A DNA stretch of 64,000 bases from Bacteriovoracaceae bacterium (GTDB taxonomy: Bacteria > Bdellovibrionota > Bacteriovoracia > Bacteriovoracales > Bacteriovoracaceae): the NCBI GenBank assembly GCA_947461175.1, contig CANHIY010000001.1, positions 1,923 through 65,922 of the forward strand. The letters run 5' to 3'. The stretch's first letter is position 1. Each line of letters opens with the position of its first letter. The position numbers and the translations under genes were made by a program. A model generated the notes under the pieces. That model was not told where the DNA came from and did no database searches. It was given only the letters and a program-made list of their open reading frames with translations. This document shows, piece by piece, positions 1 through 9,522 of this stretch.

Positions 1-2229
1 AACCACTTGGCCATGGGACTCAAACACAATAACAAGCTTTTCTCTGACCACATCTTTTTCTTTTGATTCGAGGATCCGGATTTGAAAAGTAAGAACTTGA
101 GCTTTCGTCATGCATTTTTCAATATCACTTAATAAAAGCCGGCAGGACCAGATTTGGATGATATTATCAAGGCGTCCTAAAAGTTTAAATCTTCTGTCCC
201 GACTTTTACATTCACAATTTTCTATCCATTGGGCGCGGTCCCCGGTCTGGTAGTTTTTTATGCTGAGTGAGTTACGGGCCAGAGAAGAAATAATGATTTC
301 ATCTTGGATGATATCCATTTCAACGAAATCAGAAAAAACATGATGCTCCCCTGGAGCACAATAGCGGCATTGATAACCGATGACTCCAGCATCAACTGAA
401 GCATAGCCAGCTGATCCAAAATAAGAGGTATCCCAAACTGCGGATATATAATCCCGACGGACATCAGAAAGGGCCTCACCAGCATAAAAAACCATGGGTA
501 TATGAACCTTCTCCTGTTTTTTTGCCATGAACTCAGCCGTCATTAAAAGCATTGAAGGTATTCCCATCACAGCATGGGGCTTAAACTTCTTTAAATAAAG
601 AAAAATATTTTCCTGAGAGCACATACCACCAATAGGAAGCTGAACTGCTCCCACTTTTTCCAGAGCTTTCTCCACTGCAAGAAACGATGACCATAAATTT
701 CCCGCCACAAAAAGATTGGCAACCATCATCCCAGGTTTTAATCCCTGACTCTTAAAATTATCGGCCAACATATCTGTCATGTAATCAAATTCTTCATAAC
801 TAAAATGCACAAACTTTGGTTCTCCAGTGGTGCCACCGGAGGAGAAGATATATCCCTTAGGATGTGGACGATTTTCAAACTGTGATTTAAGCTCAGTTGA
901 GTTTTGAAGCTCAGAAAAGGATTCTCCGTAATCCTGGGCCCTTAATTCATCTCCAATAAATGAGACGAGTTCTTTTAGAACAAACCGACCATCATGGGGG
1001 GCACCTGCCATGCCCCAGGTTACTGTTCCAAGTGGGGCAAAACGTTTGACTCCAACCAATGAAATATCATTCAAATAGTCGCTTTTTTCTTCATCATCTA
1101 AAAGGTACGAGCAAGATTGAAGGTAGTATGAAAATGGTTCTAAAATTCTAGTTAGTTCACCTAGGGAGCGATATTTTTTTACAATTAATGACCGATGCAG
1201 TGGAGAAGATTTAAGAAGATTATTCTGCTCAAAGTGAATGAGGTGCTGGGGACCCGAAATCATTCTCCCCTCCTCCATAAGTTCAGAAAAGAAACCACGA
1301 TATTTTTCCTTTAAAATTTCCGTGGCCTCATCTTCACTAATGGATCCTCTAGGAGGAGCTTTTAAGAATGCCTCATTTAAGGCCCTCATTAATTCTTCTT
1401 CTGGTATCCCCTCCTCAAGATAAAGATTTTGGGGAGAAGCGCAGGCAGACTGATCCCATGGCGTAATATCCGCAACTATTTTTTCAGCCACAACCTTAAG
1501 ATCTTTATGGTGAAGACCTTTTGCAGAGATTAACTGAATTGAAATCTTAGGGCCAAAATCCAAGAACTTTACGCGAGAAGGAAGATCTTTTCTATAGGAG
1601 CTGATCATTTCCTCACCACCCCAGGCAATGATGGCATCCACTTTTTGTTTGATAAATTGCTCTGCCCTTTCATCCCCGCCTTTCCAGTGAAGAATGGCAA
1701 ATTTATCGGCCAAGAGATTGTGCTTATCAAATGATTTTAGCTTCATGGCAAAATAGAGTGGGAAAAATTTATTCTGACTACTCACCTTTAATACAGAGAG
1801 ATTTTTGGTCAAAAAACCCATAATTAAAGAATCTATAGAGCTTAAAAATACATTACCAGCGGTTACATGAAGAATCAGACCATGTGAAATCGCCTTCACT
1901 TTGGTACTACCGTGAGGAAGTTTTACAAATTGATCGAGGACTTCCAGTTGATTAAGTTCAGCCTTAATTCTTTTCTCAAGATTCTCTTTTCTTAGAATTT
2001 CCGGTAAAAGGGCCAAGGTCTTTTTCGTTTCTTCTTCCGAAAAACCTGACTCTTGAATTAAAAAAGGGAGTGCATCATCAAAAGACTCTTTAGAAAAGTC
2101 ATCTAGTAGGTCTAGTATTAAATCAATTTTTATTCGATTGAGGACTTTTCTTTTTATGATAAGTTTTTCCCATAAAACGTCATCCTGCCAATTAAAATCG
2201 GTATTTGTTTTTTCTCCAAACCAAAACAT
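1..2229 (-). CDS. LuxC-type acyl-protein/acyl-CoA reductase fused to a C-terminal PaaK-like adenylate-forming (ANL) ligase; runs off the left edge (>=743 aa)
   Basis: Not in the ORF track because it has no stop inside the window. ATG at 2229 overlaps the LuxE stop (TAATG). Manual translation gives MFWFGEK..., LHVTAGNVF, AIIAWGGEE, DFGPKIS, WDQSACASPQ (LuxC catalytic Cys region, codon 1441-1443), GAPHDG, then FSSGGTTGEPK (ANL P-loop, 814-843), YAGE, GYASVDAG, YQTGD, LLGRLDN. Confidence 0.85.
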   Translation of the reverse strand, partial: MFWFGEKTNTDFNWQDDVLWEKLIIKRKVLNRIKIDLILDLLDDFSKESFDDALPFLIQESGFSEEETKKTLALLPEILRKENLEKRIKAELNQLEVLDQFVKLPHGSTKVKAISHGLILHVTAGNVFLSSIDSLIMGFLTKNLSVLKVSSQNKFFPLYFAMKLKSFDKHNLLADKFAILHWKGGDERAEQFIKQKVDAIIAWGGEEMISSYRKDLPSRVKFLDFGPKISIQLISAKGLHHKDLKVVAEKIVADITPWDQSACASPQNLYLEEGIPEEELMRALNEAFLKAPPRGSISEDEATEILKEKYRGFFSELMEEGRMISGPQHLIHFEQNNLLKSSPLHRSLIVKKYRSLGELTRILEPFSYYLQSCSYLLDDEEKSDYLNDISLVGVKRFAPLGTVTWGMAGAPHDGRFVLKELVSFIGDELRAQDYGESFSELQNSTELKSQFENRPHPKGYIFSSGGTTGEPKFVHFSYEEFDYMTDMLADNFKSQGLKPGMMVANLFVAGNLWSSFLAVEKALEKVGAVQLPIGGMCSQENIFLYLKKFKPHAVMGIPSMLLMTAEFMAKKQEKVHIPMVFYAGEALSDVRRDYISAVWDTSYFGSAGYASVDAGVIGYQCRYCAPGEHHVFSDFVEMDIIQDEIIISSLARNSLSIKNYQTGDRAQWIENCECKSRDRRFKLLGRLDNIIQIWSCRLLLSDIEKCMTKAQVLTFQIRILESKEKDVVREKLVIVFESHGQVV

Positions 2230-3332
2230 TATTTTTTCTCCATAAGTTCCAGGGCCTTCATTGCACACCCCTTATGTTTTGATACCCCGGCACGTCCCTC
2301 CAGGATGAGAATATTCCCTCCTCTTCCACAGTCACAAGTTCCTAGTCTTCCATAATCTGTCGTTAATAAACTAGGAGCAGGATAACTAAAATTATATGAA
2401 CATAAAAAATGAATTAGTCCTCTCTCCCCTAATGGTTTAAGACTCAGGTCAAAGGGTGAACGAATAAAAACTCTTGAAAAGTTCGGGATATGAAGATTTC
2501 CTTTTTCACAATCAACATAAGGAATACCATGCTCTACCATACCAAAGAGGTCTCGTTGATTTTTTTGAGGGATTCCAAGACGCTCTTCAATAAATGCTCT
2601 AAATTCTTTTTTGGAAATTTCCTTGTCCGCACTTCCTTTCCACCCACCACCAGTCTGTAACCAGGATTCACTGCTAAGATTTATTTTAATGTTGTATTTC
2701 ACAATGATGTCATGAAGGATCGCAGGAAATCCCAAAATACGAGTGGGGAGAGAAGATAAAGAAAAACGTTTCAGTGCTTCAACAACTCCTTCTTCATTAA
2801 GAACAAATTCATTTTTCTCATCATTCCACTGTATGGCATAATAGACTTCATTTTTCCCTGTAAAATTCGTCAACAGCTCATCTGTAAAAGCCGTGCCAAG
2901 ATCCTTGGCCACATTCGGGTCATAAGTAAAACAGAGATAGTTGTAAAGTCTTCGATCTACTAGACCAAGATTTTCGTGAATAACATAGGCAAGTTTTTTT
3001 ACATTACTTAGACTGATCTCATCTAGAAACTGCTGAGATTTTTGACCTCCGGTACCTGAACTTGTGAGGATCAAAACCACTCTTTCTCGAGAAACTGAAC
3101 AAAACTCATGTTCCTTAAATAAATGAACCATGGTCCCAGGAACTTGGGCCAAGTCTTCTTCTTTTAAAAGATGTGCAGGATGGAAATTAAATTTGTCCCA
3201 TAATTTTCTAGTGAACTCATGATTTTGATAATGATAAAGGGCATTTTCCTTAAAGCTTTCGAGAAAAAGATTTTTAGACTCTTCTGAAAAATTAAATGGA
3301 TCTGAGTTAAGGAGATTAAGTGTGGCCTTCAT
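2229..3332 (-). CDS. luxE: LuxE-family acyl-protein synthetase
   Basis: LTSSGTGGQKS P-loop, QTGGGWKG, RDLFGMVEH, SLLTTDYG, and C-terminal GRAG...KGC with the conserved acylated Cys. Confidence 0.85.
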   Translation of the reverse strand: MKATLNLLNSDPFNFSEESKNLFLESFKENALYHYQNHEFTRKLWDKFNFHPAHLLKEEDLAQVPGTMVHLFKEHEFCSVSRERVVLILTSSGTGGQKSQQFLDEISLSNVKKLAYVIHENLGLVDRRLYNYLCFTYDPNVAKDLGTAFTDELLTNFTGKNEVYYAIQWNDEKNEFVLNEEGVVEALKRFSLSSLPTRILGFPAILHDIIVKYNIKINLSSESWLQTGGGWKGSADKEISKKEFRAFIEERLGIPQKNQRDLFGMVEHGIPYVDCEKGNLHIPNFSRVFIRSPFDLSLKPLGERGLIHFLCSYNFSYPAPSLLTTDYGRLGTCDCGRGGNILILEGRAGVSKHKGCAMKALELMEKK

Positions 3333-4465
3333 ACTTGTAGCAGTTTAGGGTTAAGTGACATTCTTTTCCATGCCTTAAAATATTCTTCCAGATAGACCTG
3401 ATTCATGCCTTTTAATTTCACATTTTGAAAATCAAAAATCTCAAAGGATCTACTAAACACTAAAAAGTCATGCCGTTTTTCTCCAATTAACTGAAATGCA
3501 GGAAAAAATGCACAAGGAATAAACTTTGCCTTGAGAATACTAGCGAGAATTTTTGGTCTATCGGCACGTACAATCACTTCTATGTACCGGGCCCCCGCAT
3601 CCCTCAAAAGCTTATTGGACCTAAGAAAAAGTTCGGAGAAATTAAGATAACCAGGCATTTTTCCCCCAACTATCACACAGTAACCATCAACATTTGAGAG
3701 GTGACAAAAAAGCTCAATTTTCTGATCCGGAGACATGATGACAAGATTGGGCTGATGAAAAGGAAAAAATTCAAACTCTAGTTTTTTTTCTGCCTTTAAA
3801 GAATTGTACCTATACTCCACAAATTTTGGGGAGTTCACCACTTCAAGCTCTCCAGGGTTTTCAAGGATTTTGCTAGGAATGGCGGGAACTATCGGCTCAA
3901 TTTCATTGAGTCCAACTTCCTTTTGTACTATCTGGTAAAGAGATGAGACTTCGTGATGAATTTTATAGGAAGAATTTCTTTTACTCAGAGCTGATGGATA
4001 AATAATGGCGGTAAGGCAATGAGTTTCATAATCGTTAGTTCTGTGAGCGTTGGGAAAAATACCAAGTTTTTTAAATCCTAATTTTTCCGTAAGTGTCTGG
4101 GCGGCTTCATTGACTGTCCTAGTGGTTGAATAGATAACATCAACCCCTGAAGTTTTTTCTCTTAAAAAATTGATCCCATAGGAAAGTAACTCCTCCATAA
4201 CTCCCTGGGCCCTGTTCTCTTTTCTCACAACCGCCCCGAAGGCCTTGGCAATAAGATGGTCCTTATCGTAGGAGGCAAGAACAGCACCAATAACTTTATT
4301 GTTTTCATCCTTAGCGAGGAACCAGAAACCAGATCCTGAAGAAATAAACTGGCGTATAAGATTGAAATCCTTCATCAATGGATCAGGGTATTTACCCTCG
4401 TAAACATCGAAATAAAGCTGACATATCTCAAAGATATCCTCTTCTGAGGCCAATATAACATTCAT
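3329..4465 (-). CDS. GNAT-family N-acyltransferase with a long C-terminal extension
   Basis: VRKENRAQGVM acetyl-CoA motif A; AQTLTEKLGF motif B; ATGA overlap with luxE. Confidence 0.7.
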   Translation of the reverse strand: MNVILASEEDIFEICQLYFDVYEGKYPDPLMKDFNLIRQFISSGSGFWFLAKDENNKVIGAVLASYDKDHLIAKAFGAVVRKENRAQGVMEELLSYGINFLREKTSGVDVIYSTTRTVNEAAQTLTEKLGFKKLGIFPNAHRTNDYETHCLTAIIYPSALSKRNSSYKIHHEVSSLYQIVQKEVGLNEIEPIVPAIPSKILENPGELEVVNSPKFVEYRYNSLKAEKKLEFEFFPFHQPNLVIMSPDQKIELFCHLSNVDGYCVIVGGKMPGYLNFSELFLRSNKLLRDAGARYIEVIVRADRPKILASILKAKFIPCAFFPAFQLIGEKRHDFLVFSRSFEIFDFQNVKLKGMNQVYLEEYFKAWKRMSLNPKLLQV

Positions 4466-4564
4466 AAGGAGATGTTACTCCGCTCTAAAACCCAGCTCAA
4501 TATGATCACTACTTTTTACAAGGTATTTGACTCTGAAAGCTTCACAAGTATAAAGTTTAACCAC

Positions 4565-5398
4565 ATGAAGGACGCTAAACAACCTCAAGGTATTTACTAT
4601 CAATTTCCCTTTATCGACAGAAAACAGAGGGCAGAGTTACTTTTGTGGCTGGAAAGCCTCCATCCTCTCTGGGAAATGAGGTTCTCTGAAAATAATCCAC
4701 CTCCTTCTGGGGACCAACAAAGACAACTCCTGCGACCGGTCTATTGGCTTGGAAACTGGCAGTTTGCGTGCCTGGATTATTATCACCCACCAAAGGGCAT
4801 CACTCATCGTTGTATCAAAGCAGAACCCTACCCGGATCATCTGCAAAAAATTGTGGACCGGATTGAGTTTATAGCGAGAAAAAACTTTCCAAAGAATTAT
4901 TTTCCGGAAAATTGGCAATTGAACACTTGTCTCATTAATTTTTATGGCAATAAACTTGAAGATGAGAAATGGATTGACCGGGCCCGAGTAGGTGAACACA
5001 AGGATTTTGAACCAGGGCCAGTAGGTTCAATTTCATTTGGAGAAAGGGCCTTCTTTCAGTTTGTGCAGGGAAAATCAAACCTTGGGCCAGAAAATGTTGT
5101 ACTCTCTCAATGGTTAGAGGATTCGTCCCTTCAGATTTTTGGTGGAGATAAATGGAAAAATAAAACCTTCCACCGGGTACAAAGAGTGGAGGACAAGAAG
5201 AAAGAACTCATAGGCCCAGAGATTGAGGGCTTTCAAACCAGAAGAATTAATTTTACCTTTAGATATGTTCCAAAAGAGCACATATACGAATACTCTAGGA
5301 TCCCTGACAAACTTCAAAAAGACATTCAGCCTTACATCCAGCGGTTATCTCTACATTCAACTTTTTATAAAAACTTATACTCATCACAATTGACTTGA
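4565..5398 (+). CDS. AlkB-like 2OG-Fe(II) dioxygenase
   Basis: CLINFY, HKD, FHRV, RRINFTFR motifs. ATG 4565 preferred over track start 4472, which lies only 6 nt from the divergent GNAT start. Confidence 0.8.
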   Translation: MKDAKQPQGIYYQFPFIDRKQRAELLLWLESLHPLWEMRFSENNPPPSGDQQRQLLRPVYWLGNWQFACLDYYHPPKGITHRCIKAEPYPDHLQKIVDRIEFIARKNFPKNYFPENWQLNTCLINFYGNKLEDEKWIDRARVGEHKDFEPGPVGSISFGERAFFQFVQGKSNLGPENVVLSQWLEDSSLQIFGGDKWKNKTFHRVQRVEDKKKELIGPEIEGFQTRRINFTFRYVPKEHIYEYSRIPDKLQKDIQPYIQRLSLHSTFYKNLYSSQLT

Positions 5399-7228
5399 AT
5401 CAAGATCTTTTAATTTTATTTCATAACGTTGAAAGATTGAATCATGAAGATGTGTGGTGACAGATAATTCGTCAAACATTTCTTCAATTTTGTTCTTAAC
5501 AACACTTAAGCGTAGAGAAGATTCCTGAATTTTTTTTCCATCTCCGCTTGAAGCTAAATGGATGAGGGAATTTTCCAGTTCTGTTTGCTCTAATTCCAAT
5601 TTGACGATATTTTTTTCCAATGTATCGATCTGATTTTTAAGTGGGTTGAGTTCTCTTCCACGCTGGACAATTAATTCTGCTCTTAAGCGTTTTAGATCTT
5701 GTCGGCTTAACCTAGGAGAAGAGTTAACTTCTTGAACAGGAATCTCATCTTCCCAGCCTATCTTTTTGAGAAAATCATCATAGGTCTCATTCAAAAATTC
5801 AACCTTTCCATGATGAAACACAACCAGTTTGTTCACACAGTTTCTTAAAATTGACTCGGAGTGAGTGACGATCACAACCGCTCCGGGATAGTTTTGTAAT
5901 TCGATAGTCAATGAATCCACTGATTCCTGGTCAAGATGGTTTGTGGGTTCATCCAGGAGAAGAAGATTTGTCGGTCTGGCAAGAAGCTTTCCTAAAAGTA
6001 CCCGGGCCCTTTCCCCTCCGGACAACACTTTAATTTTCTTTTGAGAAAGTTCACCGGAAAACATCATCGTACCTGCAATAGAGCGGGCCCGTTGAACACC
6101 CATTGATGGATTTGCGCCAAGAATTTCTTCTTCAATTGTATTTTCAAGATGTAATCTGTTGATATTAGTTTGACCGAAGTGACCTATTAAAAGATTAACG
6201 TTATGTTGAATAACTCCACTTCCGGGTTGGAGTTCTCTTGCCATAAGGTTAAGGAGTGTCGATTTTCCCTGACCATTTTTCCCTATGATGCCAATTTTAT
6301 CATTCTTTAAGACCGAAGTATTGAAATTATGAATCAGATTTTGGGTCGTATATCCAAAGTTTAAATCACTTAATTCAAGCAAAACTTTTCCAGGACATTC
6401 TTGATAATTGAACTCAAAATCAAGACTTGCCATCAAATTCAGTGCCTCCAATTCTGGCATTTTTTCCAGAAGTTTTAACCGAGACTGTGCTTGTGCTGCC
6501 TTACTGGCCTTAGCACGAAATCTGTCCACAAAATCCTGAAGTTCTTTTTTTCTTCTATCCGAATTTTGTCTGGTTTTTTCATGAATTTCTTCCTCAAGAA
6601 GTATTTGTTCAAAATATTTCGTGGAATTACCCGAAATTTTCACCAACTTTTGGCGCCAAAGCCCCATGGTATGAGAGGTCACTTCATCCATAAAGCCTCT
6701 ATCATGAGTGATGAGGATTAACTCTCCCTGAAAAGCTTTAAGAAATTTTGTGAGCCATCGCATCGACACAATATCTAAATAGTTTGTAGGTTCATCCAAA
6801 AGAAGACAGTCTGGATTAGAAAGAAGAACTTTTGCTAGATTTAATCGGATCTGATAACCACCAGAAAATTCTGAGGGAGAACGTCCAAAATCAGAATTTT
6901 TAAATCCCAATCCCTGAAGCATTTTTTCTACTTTATATCTCTCATGTTCAACATTTTCCCCTTTAAGGGCCATCATGCATTCTTCCATGATGCTTTTTTC
7001 ATTAAACTCAAGATGTTGTTTTAAAGTTCCAATCAAGTAATTTTTAGGAAAAATGACCTCACCATCATCATAAGATTCTTCACCAGATAAAATCTTAAAT
7101 AATGTGGATTTCCCGCTTCCATTTCTGCCAACCAATCCTATTTTTTCTCCTTTACCAATTGAAAAGTTCACCTTTCTAAAAAGGAGTTGAGTACCATAGC
7201 TTTTTTCAACATTTAAAACTTGAATCAA
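5384..7228 (-). CDS. ABC-F family ATP-binding protein
   Basis: Two ABC domains (GRNGSGKS, FSGG, LLLDEPTN; GKNGQGKS, LSGGE, LLLDEPTN), inter-domain linker and C-terminal coiled coil; no TM segments. Confidence 0.93.
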   Translation of the reverse strand: MIQVLNVEKSYGTQLLFRKVNFSIGKGEKIGLVGRNGSGKSTLFKILSGEESYDDGEVIFPKNYLIGTLKQHLEFNEKSIMEECMMALKGENVEHERYKVEKMLQGLGFKNSDFGRSPSEFSGGYQIRLNLAKVLLSNPDCLLLDEPTNYLDIVSMRWLTKFLKAFQGELILITHDRGFMDEVTSHTMGLWRQKLVKISGNSTKYFEQILLEEEIHEKTRQNSDRRKKELQDFVDRFRAKASKAAQAQSRLKLLEKMPELEALNLMASLDFEFNYQECPGKVLLELSDLNFGYTTQNLIHNFNTSVLKNDKIGIIGKNGQGKSTLLNLMARELQPGSGVIQHNVNLLIGHFGQTNINRLHLENTIEEEILGANPSMGVQRARSIAGTMMFSGELSQKKIKVLSGGERARVLLGKLLARPTNLLLLDEPTNHLDQESVDSLTIELQNYPGAVVIVTHSESILRNCVNKLVVFHHGKVEFLNETYDDFLKKIGWEDEIPVQEVNSSPRLSRQDLKRLRAELIVQRGRELNPLKNQIDTLEKNIVKLELEQTELENSLIHLASSGDGKKIQESSLRLSVVKNKIEEMFDELSVTTHLHDSIFQRYEIKLKDLDSSQL

Positions 7229-7983
7229 GGAGATACCTCCGTAGAGATTGATTCTGAGGATGATTGAGATTCCTCTTGCGGAGGCTGTCCGGTTTCCATC
7301 AATTTTGGAGACATTTTATTTAACTGTATTTGCAATTGAACAAGACAACTTTTAGCAAATTTTTTCTGACTTAAATCAATACTCTCCAGACCTAAAAATT
7401 CATTCAAGGCTTTCTGCCTCTGAAAAAGAAGATTGATTTTTTCATCTTCACTATACGGATCACCAAAAGCAATTATAGTACTACAATTTACGTCAGGACC
7501 TAAATAATTGGAAGAAATAAAATCTCTCAAATTGATTTCTATCCCCAATGAGAGGAAGCGCTTAAGAAGTTCTTTGTTTTCATCTCGAAGAATTTTCATC
7601 ATGTCAAAAATGAAAAGGGGGACTTCTTTTTGATTCATGCTCAAAAGATCACGCCATTTATAGACGTGGGCCTCAAGTTCTTTATCAAATGGATGTTTTA
7701 TAATGTGGGGATTTTCTTTAAGTACCTTGATGGCCTGAACGCGGATCTCTGCGGAGGGATCGCCATGAAAATTCTCTAAAAGTGAAAAAAAATTTTCCTT
7801 TGAATTACTTTGGACAAACCTGTCCTCTTTAAGAGGAACTGTATCATTATTGGTCAAACTTTCAGAAATAACTGGTCCAGATTCAGATGGAAAAATTTTA
7901 TTTATCGTTCTACCACTGAGATCTAGCCAAAAATCTATCCTGGCAATAAAGACTATCAGGACAAGGAGTAGGATGTATTTCAT
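7225..7983 (-). CDS. Hypothetical exported/membrane-anchored helical protein
   Basis: Long ORF with hydrophobic N-terminus MKYILLLVLIVFIA; stop overlaps the ABC-F start. Confidence 0.65.
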   Translation of the reverse strand: MKYILLLVLIVFIARIDFWLDLSGRTINKIFPSESGPVISESLTNNDTVPLKEDRFVQSNSKENFFSLLENFHGDPSAEIRVQAIKVLKENPHIIKHPFDKELEAHVYKWRDLLSMNQKEVPLFIFDMMKILRDENKELLKRFLSLGIEINLRDFISSNYLGPDVNCSTIIAFGDPYSEDEKINLLFQRQKALNEFLGLESIDLSQKKFAKSCLVQLQIQLNKMSPKLMETGQPPQEESQSSSESISTEVSP

Positions 7984-8017
7984 AGCAAAAGGATAATCCA
8001 AATCATATAATCATGCT

Positions 8018-9421
8018 ATGATTTCCGATTTTACCATCATTGAGTATTTAAATATTTACGACTGGCTGGTTTTTTTTCTTGTTCTTTTTATAACTTTTTT
8101 AATTGTCCTCTGGGGGAATAAAAAAAAGAAAGAACTTTCACCAGACGTTCAACTTAGTCCTCTTGAGCTTCTCCTTATGGGACGAAGTCTCACCCTCCCT
8201 GTTTTCGTTGCAACTTTAGTCGCTACCTGGTACGGAGGAATTTTTGGGGTTACAGCCCTTACTTTTGAGAAAGGAATTTACAATTTCGTCACACAGGGAG
8301 TTTTTTGGTATGGCAGTTATCTGATCTTTGCGTTCTACTTGGTTAAAAAAATCCGAAATTATGATGTCATGACCATTCCTGAATTGGCAGGTCGCCTTTT
8401 CGGATCCAGAGCGCAAAGATTAACAGCTGGACTCAATTTTCTTAATCTACTTCCTCTGGCCTACACTATCAGTTTGGGACTTTTTCTTAGAAGCTTATTT
8501 GGTGGCTCTCTTTTTCTTAACACCTCCGCTGGCGTTTTACTCGTAACCTTATGGTCTTTATGGGGTGGATTCAGGGCCGTGGTTTATTCTGATATAGTGC
8601 AATTTTTTTTCATGATGATTGCCGTAATTCTTGTGGTCCTTTTTGCCTGGGCATCTTTGGGTTCTCCTATAGATCTCATGGTTAAACTTCCTCCGGCTCA
8701 CTTGGACTGGACCGGTGGAGAACACATGAGCACTCTCTTAGTGTGGGGGTTTATTGCTTTATCCACTTTGATCGACCCTAATTTCTATCAAAGAGTTCTT
8801 GCTGCAGATTCTGAAAAAACAGCCAAAATAGGTATCATTATTTCCACTGTCGTCTGGTTTATTTTTGATTGTTTTACAACTCTCGGTGCACTTTATGCCA
8901 AAGTAGCTCTACCGGACGCAAGACCTGAAAATGCCTACCTTCAATTTTCCATGCAGATTGTTCCCAATGGTGTTCGGGGATTAATCCTTGCTGGAATTTT
9001 GGCCATTATTCTCTCAACCCTAGATGCTTACCTCTTTAATGCCGCCACCTGTGTGAGTTATGATTTTTTTAAATTAAAAAGTAAATTTCGTCTTTGGCAT
9101 CATCACCTCGCCTTAATTTTTGTTGCAGGTCTTTCTGTTTTTTTAGGTATGCAATTTGATGGAAGAGTAATTGACGTTTGGAAAACAATGGGGAGTTTTT
9201 CTGCTGCCTGCCTACTTTTTCCTCTCCTCATGGGCCAGTGGAAACCTGGACTCATTTCTGAAAAGAGCTTTTGTTGGGCCGTATGCCTTGGTTGCATTGG
9301 CATTGTGTCATGGAAAATCTTCAACAAAATCTACAACTTTTCAAGTTTGGATGAATTCTATATTGGACTCCTTCTGACAACTGTTCCCCTTATTCCTTCT
9401 TTTATTAGAAAAAAGTCATGA
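8018..9421 (+). CDS. Sodium:solute symporter (SSS) family transporter
   Basis: About 13 TM segments; LLMGRSL, ATWYGG, GGFRAVVYSDIVQ, YQRVLAA, AIILSTLD. Confidence 0.88.
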   Translation: MISDFTIIEYLNIYDWLVFFLVLFITFLIVLWGNKKKKELSPDVQLSPLELLLMGRSLTLPVFVATLVATWYGGIFGVTALTFEKGIYNFVTQGVFWYGSYLIFAFYLVKKIRNYDVMTIPELAGRLFGSRAQRLTAGLNFLNLLPLAYTISLGLFLRSLFGGSLFLNTSAGVLLVTLWSLWGGFRAVVYSDIVQFFFMMIAVILVVLFAWASLGSPIDLMVKLPPAHLDWTGGEHMSTLLVWGFIALSTLIDPNFYQRVLAADSEKTAKIGIIISTVVWFIFDCFTTLGALYAKVALPDARPENAYLQFSMQIVPNGVRGLILAGILAIILSTLDAYLFNAATCVSYDFFKLKSKFRLWHHHLALIFVAGLSVFLGMQFDGRVIDVWKTMGSFSAACLLFPLLMGQWKPGLISEKSFCWAVCLGCIGIVSWKIFNKIYNFSSLDEFYIGLLLTTVPLIPSFIRKKS

Positions 9422-9522
9422 TTTTCATTCTTGTCTATACGCATTCAGGGTTTCATTTTGACTGAAAACTGATATCTTTTTCGAAACAAATTTTATGGCA
9501 TTTTGATACAAAAGGAGTTCGT

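Noticed and set aside
258-1423. Track ORFs 258..485 (-) and 1238..1423 (+)
   Set aside because: Both lie inside the long LuxC-ligase frame, in another frame or on the other strand.
1-4465. Bioluminescence operon
   Set aside because: No luxA/luxB/luxD visible, and the gene order and fusion differ from luxCDABE; cannot be fully excluded beyond the window edge.
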